Notes: generated by a model from the sequence alone, not told the origin. A DNA stretch of 64,000 bases from Sumerlaeia bacterium (GCA_040219255.1 JAVJSW010000001.1:32001-96000); one strand, 5' to 3'. Counted from the stretch's first letter, positions 38,314 through 47,571 are shown. Translations and numbers: made by a program.

Positions 38314-39003
38314 TTAGGGCTCCTTGGCGATAAGTTCGGAAGAGGGTAAGGGTTCGATTTGGTAAATGCCCCGGCTTTCGTCTTCGTTGACGATCACAGC
38401 CTGTTGCCGGGCGGCGAGGGTGATGCCTTCGCGGGTTCGCACGTTCAGACGCAGCGGCGCGCCCGTGATTTCGATTTCCGCCTGGCCGATACGGATCGCG
38501 TCCACGGCGGTCAGCGTCGTGCAGATACGCCCCGTCAGATCGCGAATCGTTATCTCGTTCGACTCCCGGGCGGCTTTCGCCAACGGCGCCGTGATCGCCT
38601 TCGTGGCGAAAATCGCCAGGATGTAGGCCACGAACAAAATCACCAGGCCAATACCCGGATCGTGGTTCGGATTCAGGACGATCGTCCCGATCATCGTGAT
38701 GGTCCACATCACCAGGATCAAAATCCCGATCACGATCATCAACGGAACCTGATGGGCGTTGATGAAGGAAAGGAAACCCGACAGAATCCCGCCGCCACCG
38801 CTCCCCCCCTCCGCATCCAGGTCCGCATCCCCGTCCACGCCCGCATCCAGGTCCAGGTCGGCGTCGATTTCCGCCTCCATATCCAGCGAATCGCCACCCA
38901 CGAATCCCAGAATCACGAACAGCCAGTAGGCCACGACCAAGAGCAACGGCACCGTCACGATCAGGTTGATCGGCGCAAAGACAACATTCAGCAACTCAGC
39001 CAT
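38314..39003 (-). CDS. YqiJ/NfeD-like membrane protein with C-terminal OB fold
   Basis: TM helix, acidic DADLD-repeat loop, VPLMI TM hairpin, GQAEI...LNVR OB-fold region. ATG at 39003. Confidence 0.85.
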   Translation of the reverse strand: MAELLNVVFAPINLIVTVPLLLVVAYWLFVILGFVGGDSLDMEAEIDADLDLDAGVDGDADLDAEGGSGGGGILSGFLSFINAHQVPLMIVIGILILVMWTITMIGTIVLNPNHDPGIGLVILFVAYILAIFATKAITAPLAKAARESNEITIRDLTGRICTTLTAVDAIRIGQAEIEITGAPLRLNVRTREGITLAARQQAVIVNEDESRGIYQIEPLPSSELIAKEP

Positions 39004-39315
39004 CCATTTCTCGCTCCTTTCGGCACTTCGCGTTCGCATCCCTTACTTCACCACCGAGAGCCCTATTCACCGCCCCGGCGGAAAAATCGGCGGCGCCCAT
39101 TGATTGCGCCCCTCGATCCGATTTTCGCCCCTGTTTTTTCGCCTCTATTCGTCTCGCCCTTTCCGCCAGTGGTCAAGCTCAGCCGACACCCGCCGAAGCC
39201 TTTTCTTTCGCCCTTTCCCCCTTGACAGATCGGCCCGCCTTGCCTTCCCCTTTTCCCTAGCTCCTGGCTCCGCTCCAACTCGCGGCCCGCCAGGCATAAG
39301 GGAAAGACTCCGCAG

Positions 39316-39420
39316 ATGTTTTTCGCGACGCTCCAGCTTTTGGTTTTCGCCACTGCCCACAAGGCAGAGCGGTGGATCCTGGGCCGTCGCCTCGCCGTGG
39401 TCGTAGTACGAACGCTCTGA
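39316..39420 (+). CDS. ilvB attenuator leader peptide (34 aa)
   Basis: MFFATLQLLVFATAHKAERWILGRRLAVVVVRTL*, with four consecutive Val codons (GTG GTC GTA GTA) near the stop. Confidence 0.85.
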   Translation: MFFATLQLLVFATAHKAERWILGRRLAVVVVRTL

Positions 39421-39509
39421 GACGGGGCCGCCCGCCGGCCCGCCCCTCGGGCCATGCGTCTCAGAGCCGAAAACACCAGCCGCTGACGTCCGTCGGCGGC
39501 CTTTTTGTT
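39414..39509 (+). promoter_or_regulatory. Transcription attenuator (protector hairpin plus terminator) upstream of ilvB
   Basis: Perfect 11-bp inverted repeat gctctgagacg (39414-24) / cgtctcagagc (39457-67) spanning the leader stop. Terminator gccgctgac-gtcc-gtcggcggc then cTTTTTGTT (39479-39509). Confidence 0.85.
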
Positions 39510-39584
39510 GTCACTGCGTCTCCAAAAGACACCACGGCTTTGCGAAACCCAACCCACACCGCCAAATCAAGAGAACCTCTCGCT

Positions 39585-41507
39585 ATGATTCACGAAGAAA
39601 TGTCCCCCGCCACCGAAGACGCCGTGGCTGAAGAATACGCCACCAACGGCCAGGACGTCGCGCTCCGCGCCCCCCACGCCCTCCGCGGACAGCAAATGAC
39701 CGGCGCCGACACCATCATCCAGGTCCTCGCCGACGAAGGCGTCGATGTCATCTTCGGCTACAGCGGCGGCGCCATCCTGCCCACCTACGACGCCATTTTC
39801 CGCTACAACAAGAACCATCAGGAAGACCTCGAAAACCAAATCCGCCTCGTCGTCCCCGCCAACGAGCAGGGCGCCGGGTTCATGGCCGCCGGCTATGCCC
39901 GCGCCACCGGCAAAGTCGGCGTCTTCCTCGTCACCAGCGGCCCCGGCGCCACCAACTGCGTCACCCCCATCCGCGACTGCATGGCCGACAGCGTCCCCAC
40001 CATCCTGATCTGCGGCCAGGTCCCCCGCCCCGCCATCGGCACCGACGCCTTCCAGGAAGCCCCCATCTTCAACATCATGAGCGCCTGCGCCAAGCACACC
40101 TTCCTGGTGACCAAACCCGAGGAACTGGAAGCCACCTTCCGCACCGCCTTTGAAATCGCCCGCAGCGGCCGCCCCGGCCCCGTCGTCATCGACGTCCCCA
40201 AGGACGTCCAGAACGCCCTGATGGAATACCAGGGCGACGGCGTGCTGGAACTGCGCGGCTTCCAGAAGCGCATGGAAAACCTGCGCGCCGCCAAAGTCTC
40301 CAAGAAAAACCAGGCGTCCTTCTTCCAGATGCTCGGCGAATCCAAACGCCCCCTCATCTACGCCGGCGGCGGCGTCATCAACAGCGCCGGAGCCGCCGAA
40401 GAACTGCGCGCCTTCGCCAAGCGCTTCCAAATCCCAGTGGTGACCACCCTGATGGGCATCGGCGCCTACGACACCACCGACTCCCTCAGCCTCCACATGC
40501 TCGGCATGCACGGCGCCGCCTACGCCAACTACGCCGTCGAAGACTGCGACATGCTCATCGCCGTCGGCAGCCGCTTCGACGACCGCGTCGCCGGCAAGGT
40601 TCTCGAGTTCGCCCCCCTGGCCCGCCACATCGCCCACCTCGACATCGACGCCGCCGAAATCGGCAAGGTCAAGAACATCCACTGGAGCCATGTCGGCGAC
40701 GCCGGTGCCGGCCTCAAGATGCTCCGCGAATACGGCGAGCAGATCGACTTCAAGCGCGACTTCTCCGCCTGGGTCCAGCACGCCGCCGAACTCCGCGCGA
40801 ATCACGCCTTCAACTTCGACCGCGAATCCGCCATGCTCCAGCCCTACGAAGTCCTCGAAGCCCTCAACCGCATCACCAAAGGCGAAGCCATCGTCTCCAC
40901 CGGCGTCGGCCAGCACCAGATGTGGGCCGCCCAGTACATCGACTACAAGCACCCCCGCTCCTGGCTCACCAGCGGATCCATGGGCACCATGGGCTTCGGC
41001 CTCCCCGCCGCCATCGGCGCCAAAATCGCACGCCCCGACAAAATCGTCATCAACGTCGACGGCGACGGATCCATCCGTATGAACATCGGCGAACTTGAAA
41101 CCGCCACCACCTACGGCGCCAACATCAAGGTCCTTCTCCTCAACAACGAGGGCGACGGCATGGTGCGCCAGTGGCAAAAACTCTTCTTCGACGAACGCTT
41201 CTCCGGCACCGACAAGACCATGCACACCAAGGACTTCGTCAAAGCCGCCGAAGCCGACGGCTACCGCTTCGCCAAACGCCTCGAACTCTACGACCGCGAA
41301 AACCTCGAGCAAGTCCTCCAGGAATTCGTCGCCTTCGACGAAGGCCCCGCCTTCCTCGAAGTCCGCATCGACCCCGACGCCTGCGTCTTTCCCATGGTCG
41401 GCCCCGGCAAAGGCTACAAAGACATGATCGTCGGCCCCCACATCACCCCCCGCGACGCCGCCGCCGCCCAAGAAGCCAAGGGCGCCGAAGCCGCCGACCT
41501 CTTCTAA
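39585..41507 (+). CDS. ilvB: Acetolactate synthase large subunit (biosynthetic)
   Basis: FGYSGGAILP, EQGAGF, TSGPGATN, GTDAFQE, RFDDRV, GQHQMW and the GDGS...NN TPP motif. Confidence 0.96.
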   Translation: MIHEEMSPATEDAVAEEYATNGQDVALRAPHALRGQQMTGADTIIQVLADEGVDVIFGYSGGAILPTYDAIFRYNKNHQEDLENQIRLVVPANEQGAGFMAAGYARATGKVGVFLVTSGPGATNCVTPIRDCMADSVPTILICGQVPRPAIGTDAFQEAPIFNIMSACAKHTFLVTKPEELEATFRTAFEIARSGRPGPVVIDVPKDVQNALMEYQGDGVLELRGFQKRMENLRAAKVSKKNQASFFQMLGESKRPLIYAGGGVINSAGAAEELRAFAKRFQIPVVTTLMGIGAYDTTDSLSLHMLGMHGAAYANYAVEDCDMLIAVGSRFDDRVAGKVLEFAPLARHIAHLDIDAAEIGKVKNIHWSHVGDAGAGLKMLREYGEQIDFKRDFSAWVQHAAELRANHAFNFDRESAMLQPYEVLEALNRITKGEAIVSTGVGQHQMWAAQYIDYKHPRSWLTSGSMGTMGFGLPAAIGAKIARPDKIVINVDGDGSIRMNIGELETATTYGANIKVLLLNNEGDGMVRQWQKLFFDERFSGTDKTMHTKDFVKAAEADGYRFAKRLELYDRENLEQVLQEFVAFDEGPAFLEVRIDPDACVFPMVGPGKGYKDMIVGPHITPRDAAAAQEAKGAEAADLF

Positions 41508-41582
41508 ACCATCGTCCCCGTTCGCAATCCCGCCAACCGGCGGAACGCGAACCCGCAAGGCCCCATCCCCCGCCAAAACGCC

Positions 41583-41631
41583 ACCGCCCCGGCAAAGCCT
41601 TCGCGCTTCGCCGGGGCGGTTATCGTTTTTT
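41583..41631 (+). terminator. Intrinsic terminator after ilvB
   Basis: accgccccggc...gccggggcggt 11-bp stem followed by tatcgTTTTTT. Confidence 0.75.
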
Positions 41632-41906
41632 CAGGAACCCTTCCCCGAAAAGGACAGAGCTTTCCCACAGATCATCAGGTCTCTGACGCGAGAATCCTGA
41701 TGAAGCCATACAAGTTCAACAAAACAACTTCTCGTTCAGATCGTTACCCAACCCGCTTTTCTCTGAGAATCGACACACTCACCGATCGCTCCCTCTTGCT
41801 ATCGGCCTTCGGCCGATCCGCCGAGCAACGGGCCGGGGTTTCGAGAGTCACCCGCACAAGCCTTCGCCCCCCCAAGATTGTCCTGCCTATCTCTCCTGTC
41901 CCCAAT

Positions 41907-41937
41907 CTTCTCTGCGCCCTCTGTGACTCTGTGGTGA
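41907..41937 (-). repeat. Dispersed intergenic CACCAC(A/G)GAG-type repeat, copy 2
   Basis: Minus strand tcaccacagagtcacagagggcgcagagaag. Confidence 0.6.
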
Positions 41938-42118
41938 GTTCTAAAGGAACCGGGAGCTTCGAGACCTCCGCGCCCCGGCACTAAGTGCAACATGTGTAAC
42001 TTGTCTATCTTGTACCCGAGTCTCCACATGAGAGGACAAACGGAAAGGCTTGTGATCTCATGCCCTCGCACTCACCGACCGGAGCCCTCGAGCCATGACC
42101 CTCAAGCCCTCAGCCACC

Positions 42119-42803
42119 CTACCCCTGCTTGCCCTCGATCAGGCACAGCAGCGTCGCCGCCGCCGCCCCCAGCCGCCGGTCCAGCCAACCGTGCGTGTCT
42201 TGCGAAAAATCCGCCGTCAGCTTCATGAGGAACGGATTGAAATTCTGCTTCATGAACCCCACCGGATGGCCGTTGATCGTGAAGTTGTACTGCTGGCTGA
42301 GGCACGAACAGCGACACAAAATCCACGAACCGCCGCAGCAGCGCCGTCAGCAAGCTGTCTTCCTGGATGATGCCGATGGGCTGGTCGTTCAGGTCCCAAA
42401 TCTGCCATTCATCGCGCGCGATCGACTTCATCCCCATGCGCCGCAGCGCCCCGATCTTCACCTCGGGGCCCGTCGAAACGTCGAAGATGTCGAAGGTCAC
42501 GCCGATGTCGAACACCTGCCGCGCCCGCATCCGCAGCAGCGGCTGGCTCAACGCCTCGTCGCCATACACGGTCAGGTCTTCCTTCAGCTTGAAAGCCTTC
42601 TGCTTGCACTTGAGCAGCAGCTCACCGCTCTCGCTGAAAACATTCGCCTCGGCGCCGAAGATCTTGAAGAACTTCCGCCTAATCAGGAACTTGTGGTGCT
42701 GGAAATGGGGGTGCAACTGGGCGAAGTGGGGCTGAGGAACCTCCGGGGGCATCTGGCCCGGGGGCACGTTTTGCGGGGCGCTGGGCGCGGCTTCCAAACT
42801 CAT
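42119..42803 (-). pseudogene. LURP-one/scramblase-like (Tubby C-terminal-like) protein, frameshifted
   Basis: N-part (QKAFKLKEDL, IGALRR.G.KS..RDEW) is in one frame and the natural-looking C-part (QYNFT...LDRRLG...LLCLIEGKQG*) in another. A tandem GCTG-GCTG at 42292-42299 explains the shift. Confidence 0.75.
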
Positions 42804-42977
42804 AATCGGACCTCGTGTCTCTTTGATAAATTTTTCAGGCTACGAATGCCGATGAAATCGTTTATTCCAGCCGCCGGATCAAGCTGGAAAAGCTCCCACT
42901 TCCCCCTTGCCGCGCACCGGAAATCAGAGTCTATGAGTCACCGATTCGATCCCACAGGAAAGACTAGGCCTCCCCTC

Positions 42978-43595
42978 ATGACAAAGCCAAAAGCTTTCAC
43001 ACTCATTGAACTGCTAATCGTTGTCGCAATTATCGCCATTCTCGCCGCCATCGCCGTCCCCAACTTCCTCGAAGCCCAGACCCGCGCCAAAGTCAGCCGC
43101 GCCACCACCGATCTGCGCACCATCGCCACCGCCATCGAAGCCTACGCCGTCGACAACGGCAAGTACCCCACCATGATCGATCCCGGCTTCCCCGGCGGCG
43201 TCGCCCCCCTCGCCGGTTCCGACCTCAAATGGTGGTACGTGCCCGACGCCCTTTCGACCCCCATCGCCTACATCACCGATGCCAATCTGCGCTGCCCCTT
43301 CGGCGGCAACACGGACCGCAAGAACGACTTCCCCGATGAGATCTGGCGCCGTTACAGCTACGAAAACATCCCCGAACTGATGGGCAAGCGCGACGCCTTC
43401 CCGATCCTGCAGAACCGCTACCGCGACGAAGCCCTCGCCTGGAGCGGCCAATGGCGTCTGAACTGCGTCGGACCCGACAACATCTGGAACCCCTCGCGCG
43501 CCTACGATCCCACCAACGGCACCGTCAGCGAAGGCGACATCATCCGCAGCCAAGTCAGCACCCAAGGCAACGCCAACCCCGACACCTTGCCTTGA
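42978..43595 (+). CDS. Prepilin-type N-terminal cleavage/methylation protein (pseudopilin-like)
   Basis: KA|FTLIELLIVVAIIAILAAIAVPNF; C-terminal GPD...YDPTNGTVSEGDI. Confidence 0.92.
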   Translation: MTKPKAFTLIELLIVVAIIAILAAIAVPNFLEAQTRAKVSRATTDLRTIATAIEAYAVDNGKYPTMIDPGFPGGVAPLAGSDLKWWYVPDALSTPIAYITDANLRCPFGGNTDRKNDFPDEIWRRYSYENIPELMGKRDAFPILQNRYRDEALAWSGQWRLNCVGPDNIWNPSRAYDPTNGTVSEGDIIRSQVSTQGNANPDTLP

Positions 43596-43627
43596 CCCCC
43601 TTCTCTCAACCGTGAAACCGCACTCCC

Positions 43628-45403
43628 ATGATGAACGCGGCCCCCTCTGAGAAAGAAAAAAGCCTGATGCGGCGGTTCCTGCTCGGAGCCGTCGCCTTCG
43701 CCATCCTTTGGGTCGTGGTGGGAGCCTTCGCCCTCAAGCTCAACCGCGACGAAGCCCAGCTCCTCTCCGTCGCCTGGCACATGGCCCAGGGCGAACGCCT
43801 CTACCTCGACATCTGGGACAACCATGGGCCCCTGCCCATGGTGGCCGCCTCCCTCTGGTTCCGCGCCGTCGCCTGGGAGAGCTACGCCATCCTCTACGTC
43901 TTCCGGGGCTTCGGCCTCGCGATGCTGCTGGCGGGCGCCTGGCTGCTCTGGCGCCTCGCCCGGCGCATCCTCCCCGCCCCCGAGTGGACCGCCCCGCTGA
44001 CCGTACTCTTCTATCTGGCGTCCGTCATCACCGGCGAGATGGGCTTTCAGATTCGCTCCGACACGCCACTCACCCTCATCTGGATCGCCAGCCTGCTCCT
44101 CTATTTCCGCGCTCGAGATAAGGCCCGATGGCCCCATTGGCTCCTGGCCGGCGCCGTCATCGGCCTAGGTTTCACATGCAGCGTCAAGACCCTCATCCTC
44201 GGCTTCACCGTCGGCCTGATGTTCGTGGCGGAGACGATCTGGCACCGGCGCCTGATGTGGAAGGAGCTGCTGCTCTACGGGGCCGGCGCCGCCATTTCGA
44301 CAGGCCTGCTCCTCCTCGCCCTTCGTTTGTTCGGCGTGTGGGACATTTTTTTCGAGACTGTCTTCGGCCAGAACTTCGACCGCGAGGCCGAGCCCCCCAG
44401 CTACGGCTGGGATCAGTACCGGGGCTACGACAGCGTTGGCTCCATCGTCCTGCTTCTCGCCCTGGCCTACACCTGGGTTCAGGCCGCGCGGCGCCGCGTG
44501 CCTCTGCTGGTGCTGCTGTTATCCTTGCCCATGGCGTTCTTGATTTTCCAGTTTGTCGTCCTCTTACCGACCAAGTACCCGCAAAGCCTGACCACCATGA
44601 TTCCGCCCGCCGCCCTGGTTTGCGCCTGGGTCGCCTGGGACTTGGCGACTCGGATTCCGCGGGCCTCCTGGAAGCCCTTCCAGCGCCTTTCCCCCGCCCG
44701 ATGGGCGATGGGCGCCCTCACGGTTTTCGCCCTCGCCATACCGTTCCGCGTGGACTATTTCGAGGACGACCGGCTGGCCACTCAAGTCCAATGGGGACAA
44801 AGGCTCCTGGCCAACACGCCGCCGGACACCACCGTCTTCGACGCCGACGGCCATCCCTTCTTCCGCGTCCACCCCGGTCCCTTCAAGTGCATCGTCAACA
44901 CCATCCGCGACCGCGTCGAAGGCGGACAGTTCGACACCACCTTCCCTCAGATTATCGACGAGCACGACATCCAGTACGCCGTCATTGGCTCGCGGTTCGC
45001 CAAAGTCAAGAAAGAGACACTTCGCTTCCTCGAAGCCAACTACCTGCCCGCCAAAGGCCCCGCGCCCCTCTTTGCCGCCGGCAAAGTCATCGGTGAACCG
45101 GGCGAATTTCCCCTCCTGATCGCTGGCGAATACCACTGGGGCCTCTTCGACGACGCCGCCAACCCCATCACCACCGCCACGCTGACTCTCAACGGCCAAC
45201 AGCCGCCCAATCCCACTGTACTTGGCGACGGCACGCACAGCGCCTCCTTCCCCGAGTGGGCGCGGCTGGTCATCTATCGGACCCCGCCAGAGAACTGGGG
45301 GAACTGGCATCGCGCCCTCACCCGGGAAATGCCCCACGACAACAAGCGGAAACTCAAGAAGTACCATGAGAAGGTCTGGCAGGAAGACATTCTCTACTAC
45401 TGA
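43628..45403 (+). CDS. GT-C-fold (ArnT/PMT-like) membrane glycosyltransferase
   Basis: DE after TM1, LYLDIWDNHGPL, RSD, about 11 TMs and a soluble C-terminal domain. Confidence 0.8.
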   Translation: MMNAAPSEKEKSLMRRFLLGAVAFAILWVVVGAFALKLNRDEAQLLSVAWHMAQGERLYLDIWDNHGPLPMVAASLWFRAVAWESYAILYVFRGFGLAMLLAGAWLLWRLARRILPAPEWTAPLTVLFYLASVITGEMGFQIRSDTPLTLIWIASLLLYFRARDKARWPHWLLAGAVIGLGFTCSVKTLILGFTVGLMFVAETIWHRRLMWKELLLYGAGAAISTGLLLLALRLFGVWDIFFETVFGQNFDREAEPPSYGWDQYRGYDSVGSIVLLLALAYTWVQAARRRVPLLVLLLSLPMAFLIFQFVVLLPTKYPQSLTTMIPPAALVCAWVAWDLATRIPRASWKPFQRLSPARWAMGALTVFALAIPFRVDYFEDDRLATQVQWGQRLLANTPPDTTVFDADGHPFFRVHPGPFKCIVNTIRDRVEGGQFDTTFPQIIDEHDIQYAVIGSRFAKVKKETLRFLEANYLPAKGPAPLFAAGKVIGEPGEFPLLIAGEYHWGLFDDAANPITTATLTLNGQQPPNPTVLGDGTHSASFPEWARLVIYRTPPENWGNWHRALTREMPHDNKRKLKKYHEKVWQEDILYY

Positions 45404-45414
45404 CTCGTCCAGAG

Positions 45415-46935
45415 TTAGATCGCCTTGGCCGCCAGCGCGTCCTGGAGCCATTGCGCCACCAGCCGCACACCGAAGCCACTGGCTCCCGGCCGCAGGAACC
45501 GGAAGCCCTTTGGCGCCAGGGCCGGACCCGCCAGGTCCACATGGGCCCAGCGTACGCCCTCCGGCACGAAGGCCTTCAGGAAGTTCGCCGCGTGGATCGC
45601 TCCGCCGTCGGCGCCGAGCTGGCTGATGTTGTTCATGTCCGCCAGCGGATGTCTCAGCGAAGACTCGTATTCTTTCCAGAGGGGCAGCCTCCAGAGCGTA
45701 TCGCCCGAATCTCCAGCCGCTTTGAGCAGCGACGCGGAGAGCGCCTCGTCGTCGGTGAAGAGCGCCGCCATGCTCGGCCCCAGCGCCCGCACCGCCGCGC
45801 CGGTCAGCGTGGCGAAGTCGATCATCACCTGGGCCTTTTCCTCGCCCGCGCGGTGGAACGCGTCCGCCAGAATCAACCGCCCCTCGGCGTCCGTGTTTCC
45901 GATAAAGACTGTCTTGCCGGACTTGTGCGTCAGGATGCAGCCGGGCTGGTAAGCCGCCGCGTCGATGGCGTTGTGGGCACTCGGGATGATCGCCGTGACG
46001 CGCACCGGCAGTTCCATCGAAGCGATCGCCTGCATCGCCCCGAGCACAGTGGCCGCGCCTCCCATGTCGCCGTTCATGTGCGGCATGGACTCGCGCGTCT
46101 TGATGCTGTACCCGCCCGAATCGTAGGTCATGCCCTTACCCACCAGCACGACGTGCGGCAGGCCCTTGCGCGCGTTCTTGGGCGCGTAGCGCAGCACCAC
46201 CATCCGCGGCGGGTACTCGCTGCCCCGGCCGACGTTCCAGAGCAGCCGGTAATCCTGGCGCTGGATCGCTTCCTCGTCGAGAACCGTCGCGCCGAGCTGA
46301 TGGTATTCCGCCAGACGAAGCGCCTCATCCGCCAGCTCTTCAGGCGTCAGGATGTTATGCGGCGCGTTGACCAGCAGGCGGGCCAGCGAAATGCCTTCGC
46401 AGATACCCTGGCGCCGCTTCAGCGCGGCCTCCACGAACCGCTTCCGCTCCTTGTCCACCACGAAAACCAGCTTGATCACGGGCCGCGTTTCCGTCTTGGA
46501 CTTGAAGCGCTCATCGGTGAAATCGCCCAGCGCCGCACCCTCGAACAGATCCGCCGCCAAATCCGCGGCATCGCCATTGCCGGAAGACAACATCACCTGG
46601 AGCCGCTCGACGCCCTGGCGCCGGGCCAGATCGATCACTCGGGCCATGGCGGCCTTGCGGCCCTCGACCCCCGGCAGCCAATTGCCCAGCGTCACCGAGT
46701 CCAGCAGCAGCATTGGCGCCGCCTCCGCCGCATCGCGCGGCAAGACCGCCACAACGGACGATTGGCAGGTTCCGGTTTCGATTTTCTCGGCGAATTCGCG
46801 CAGGAGACCCTCGATCGGTTCGCCCACGCCCGTGGGCCATGCACCGCTGCCGTGGAGCGCCACGATGGCGTCCGCGGAAAGCGGTTTGCCGCCACGCGCT
46901 TTGACCTCGGCCAAGACGGATAAGGAGGAGAGCAT
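45415..46935 (-). CDS. pepA: Leucyl aminopeptidase (M17)
   Basis: GKGMTYDSGGYSIK, DMGG, NTDAEGRL, ATLTG and HVDLAG motifs. Confidence 0.93.
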   Translation of the reverse strand: MLSSLSVLAEVKARGGKPLSADAIVALHGSGAWPTGVGEPIEGLLREFAEKIETGTCQSSVVAVLPRDAAEAAPMLLLDSVTLGNWLPGVEGRKAAMARVIDLARRQGVERLQVMLSSGNGDAADLAADLFEGAALGDFTDERFKSKTETRPVIKLVFVVDKERKRFVEAALKRRQGICEGISLARLLVNAPHNILTPEELADEALRLAEYHQLGATVLDEEAIQRQDYRLLWNVGRGSEYPPRMVVLRYAPKNARKGLPHVVLVGKGMTYDSGGYSIKTRESMPHMNGDMGGAATVLGAMQAIASMELPVRVTAIIPSAHNAIDAAAYQPGCILTHKSGKTVFIGNTDAEGRLILADAFHRAGEEKAQVMIDFATLTGAAVRALGPSMAALFTDDEALSASLLKAAGDSGDTLWRLPLWKEYESSLRHPLADMNNISQLGADGGAIHAANFLKAFVPEGVRWAHVDLAGPALAPKGFRFLRPGASGFGVRLVAQWLQDALAAKAI

Positions 46936-46962
46936 ACGGATCGCAGCCTCTGTGTTCAGAAA

Positions 46963-47454
46963 TTAGCGCTTCATGTTTTCGAAGGACAGCGGCCGCTCAT
47001 AGTCGGCATCCTTGAGCAGCGCGATGACCTGCTGCAAGTCGTCGATCTGCTTGCCTTCGACGCGGACCTGGTCGCCCTGGATCGAGGTCTTGACCTTCAG
47101 CCCGCTGTCCTTGATGCGCTTGGTGATGTCTTTGGCGGTCTCTTTGTCGAGACCCTCGTGCATCTTGGCGTTGATGCGGATGGCGCCCAGGGAAGCGTCC
47201 TCGCGGTGCTCCCAGTCGAAGGTCTTCATCGAGACGCCCTGATCGTTGAGGGAACCGAGGACGATCTCGCGCACCGCCTTCAGCTTCATCTCGTCGGGCA
47301 CGACCACCAGCAGTGTCTTGGTTTTCTTGTTCAACTCCAGCGTCACGTCGACGCCCTTGAAGTCGTAGCGCTGGGCGATCTTGCGGTTCGCCGTGTTGAT
47401 GGCGTTGTCAACGAGCTGCAGGTCCGGTTTACAGACAATATCGAAAGTCGGCAT
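46963..47454 (-). CDS. yajQ: YajQ-family nucleotide/c-di-GMP-binding protein
   Basis: MPTFDIV, RYDFKG, IQGDQVRV.GK..DDLQ and F.N.. C-terminus. Confidence 0.95.
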   Translation of the reverse strand: MPTFDIVCKPDLQLVDNAINTANRKIAQRYDFKGVDVTLELNKKTKTLLVVVPDEMKLKAVREIVLGSLNDQGVSMKTFDWEHREDASLGAIRINAKMHEGLDKETAKDITKRIKDSGLKVKTSIQGDQVRVEGKQIDDLQQVIALLKDADYERPLSFENMKR

Positions 47455-47460
47455 CGTCGC

Positions 47461-47571
47461 TCAGGGCTCCCTGCTTTCGTCGAACACGCCCATGAAAAAG
47501 AACAGGGCGGTGACGAGGATGAACGATCCAAAAAAGAAAACACCGAAGTAGATCACAATGCGGCCTCGCAC
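47461..47571 (-). CDS. Putative 36-aa single-TM small protein
   Basis: GTG-start MRGRIVIYFGVFFFGSFILVTALFFFMGVFDESREP*, ending 6 nt before yajQ. Confidence 0.5.
   Translation of the reverse strand: MRGRIVIYFGVFFFGSFILVTALFFFMGVFDESREP

Noticed and set aside
39222-39227. Perfect TTGACA upstream of the ilvB leader (also at 24921 and on the minus strand near 55800)
   Set aside because: No acceptable -10 element at 16-18 nt spacing.
39567-41576. Long antisense ORFs (also 2711-4828, 6975-9449, 9485-11089, 15029-17668, 36133-38349, 60761-63865)
   Set aside because: Shadows of well-supported genes, caused by high-GC codon bias; no motifs.
45415-46935. MNGDM instead of MKxDM as a sign of an inactive aminopeptidase
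   Set aside because: Metal ligands and the catalytic Lys (YSIK) and Arg (EGR) are all present.
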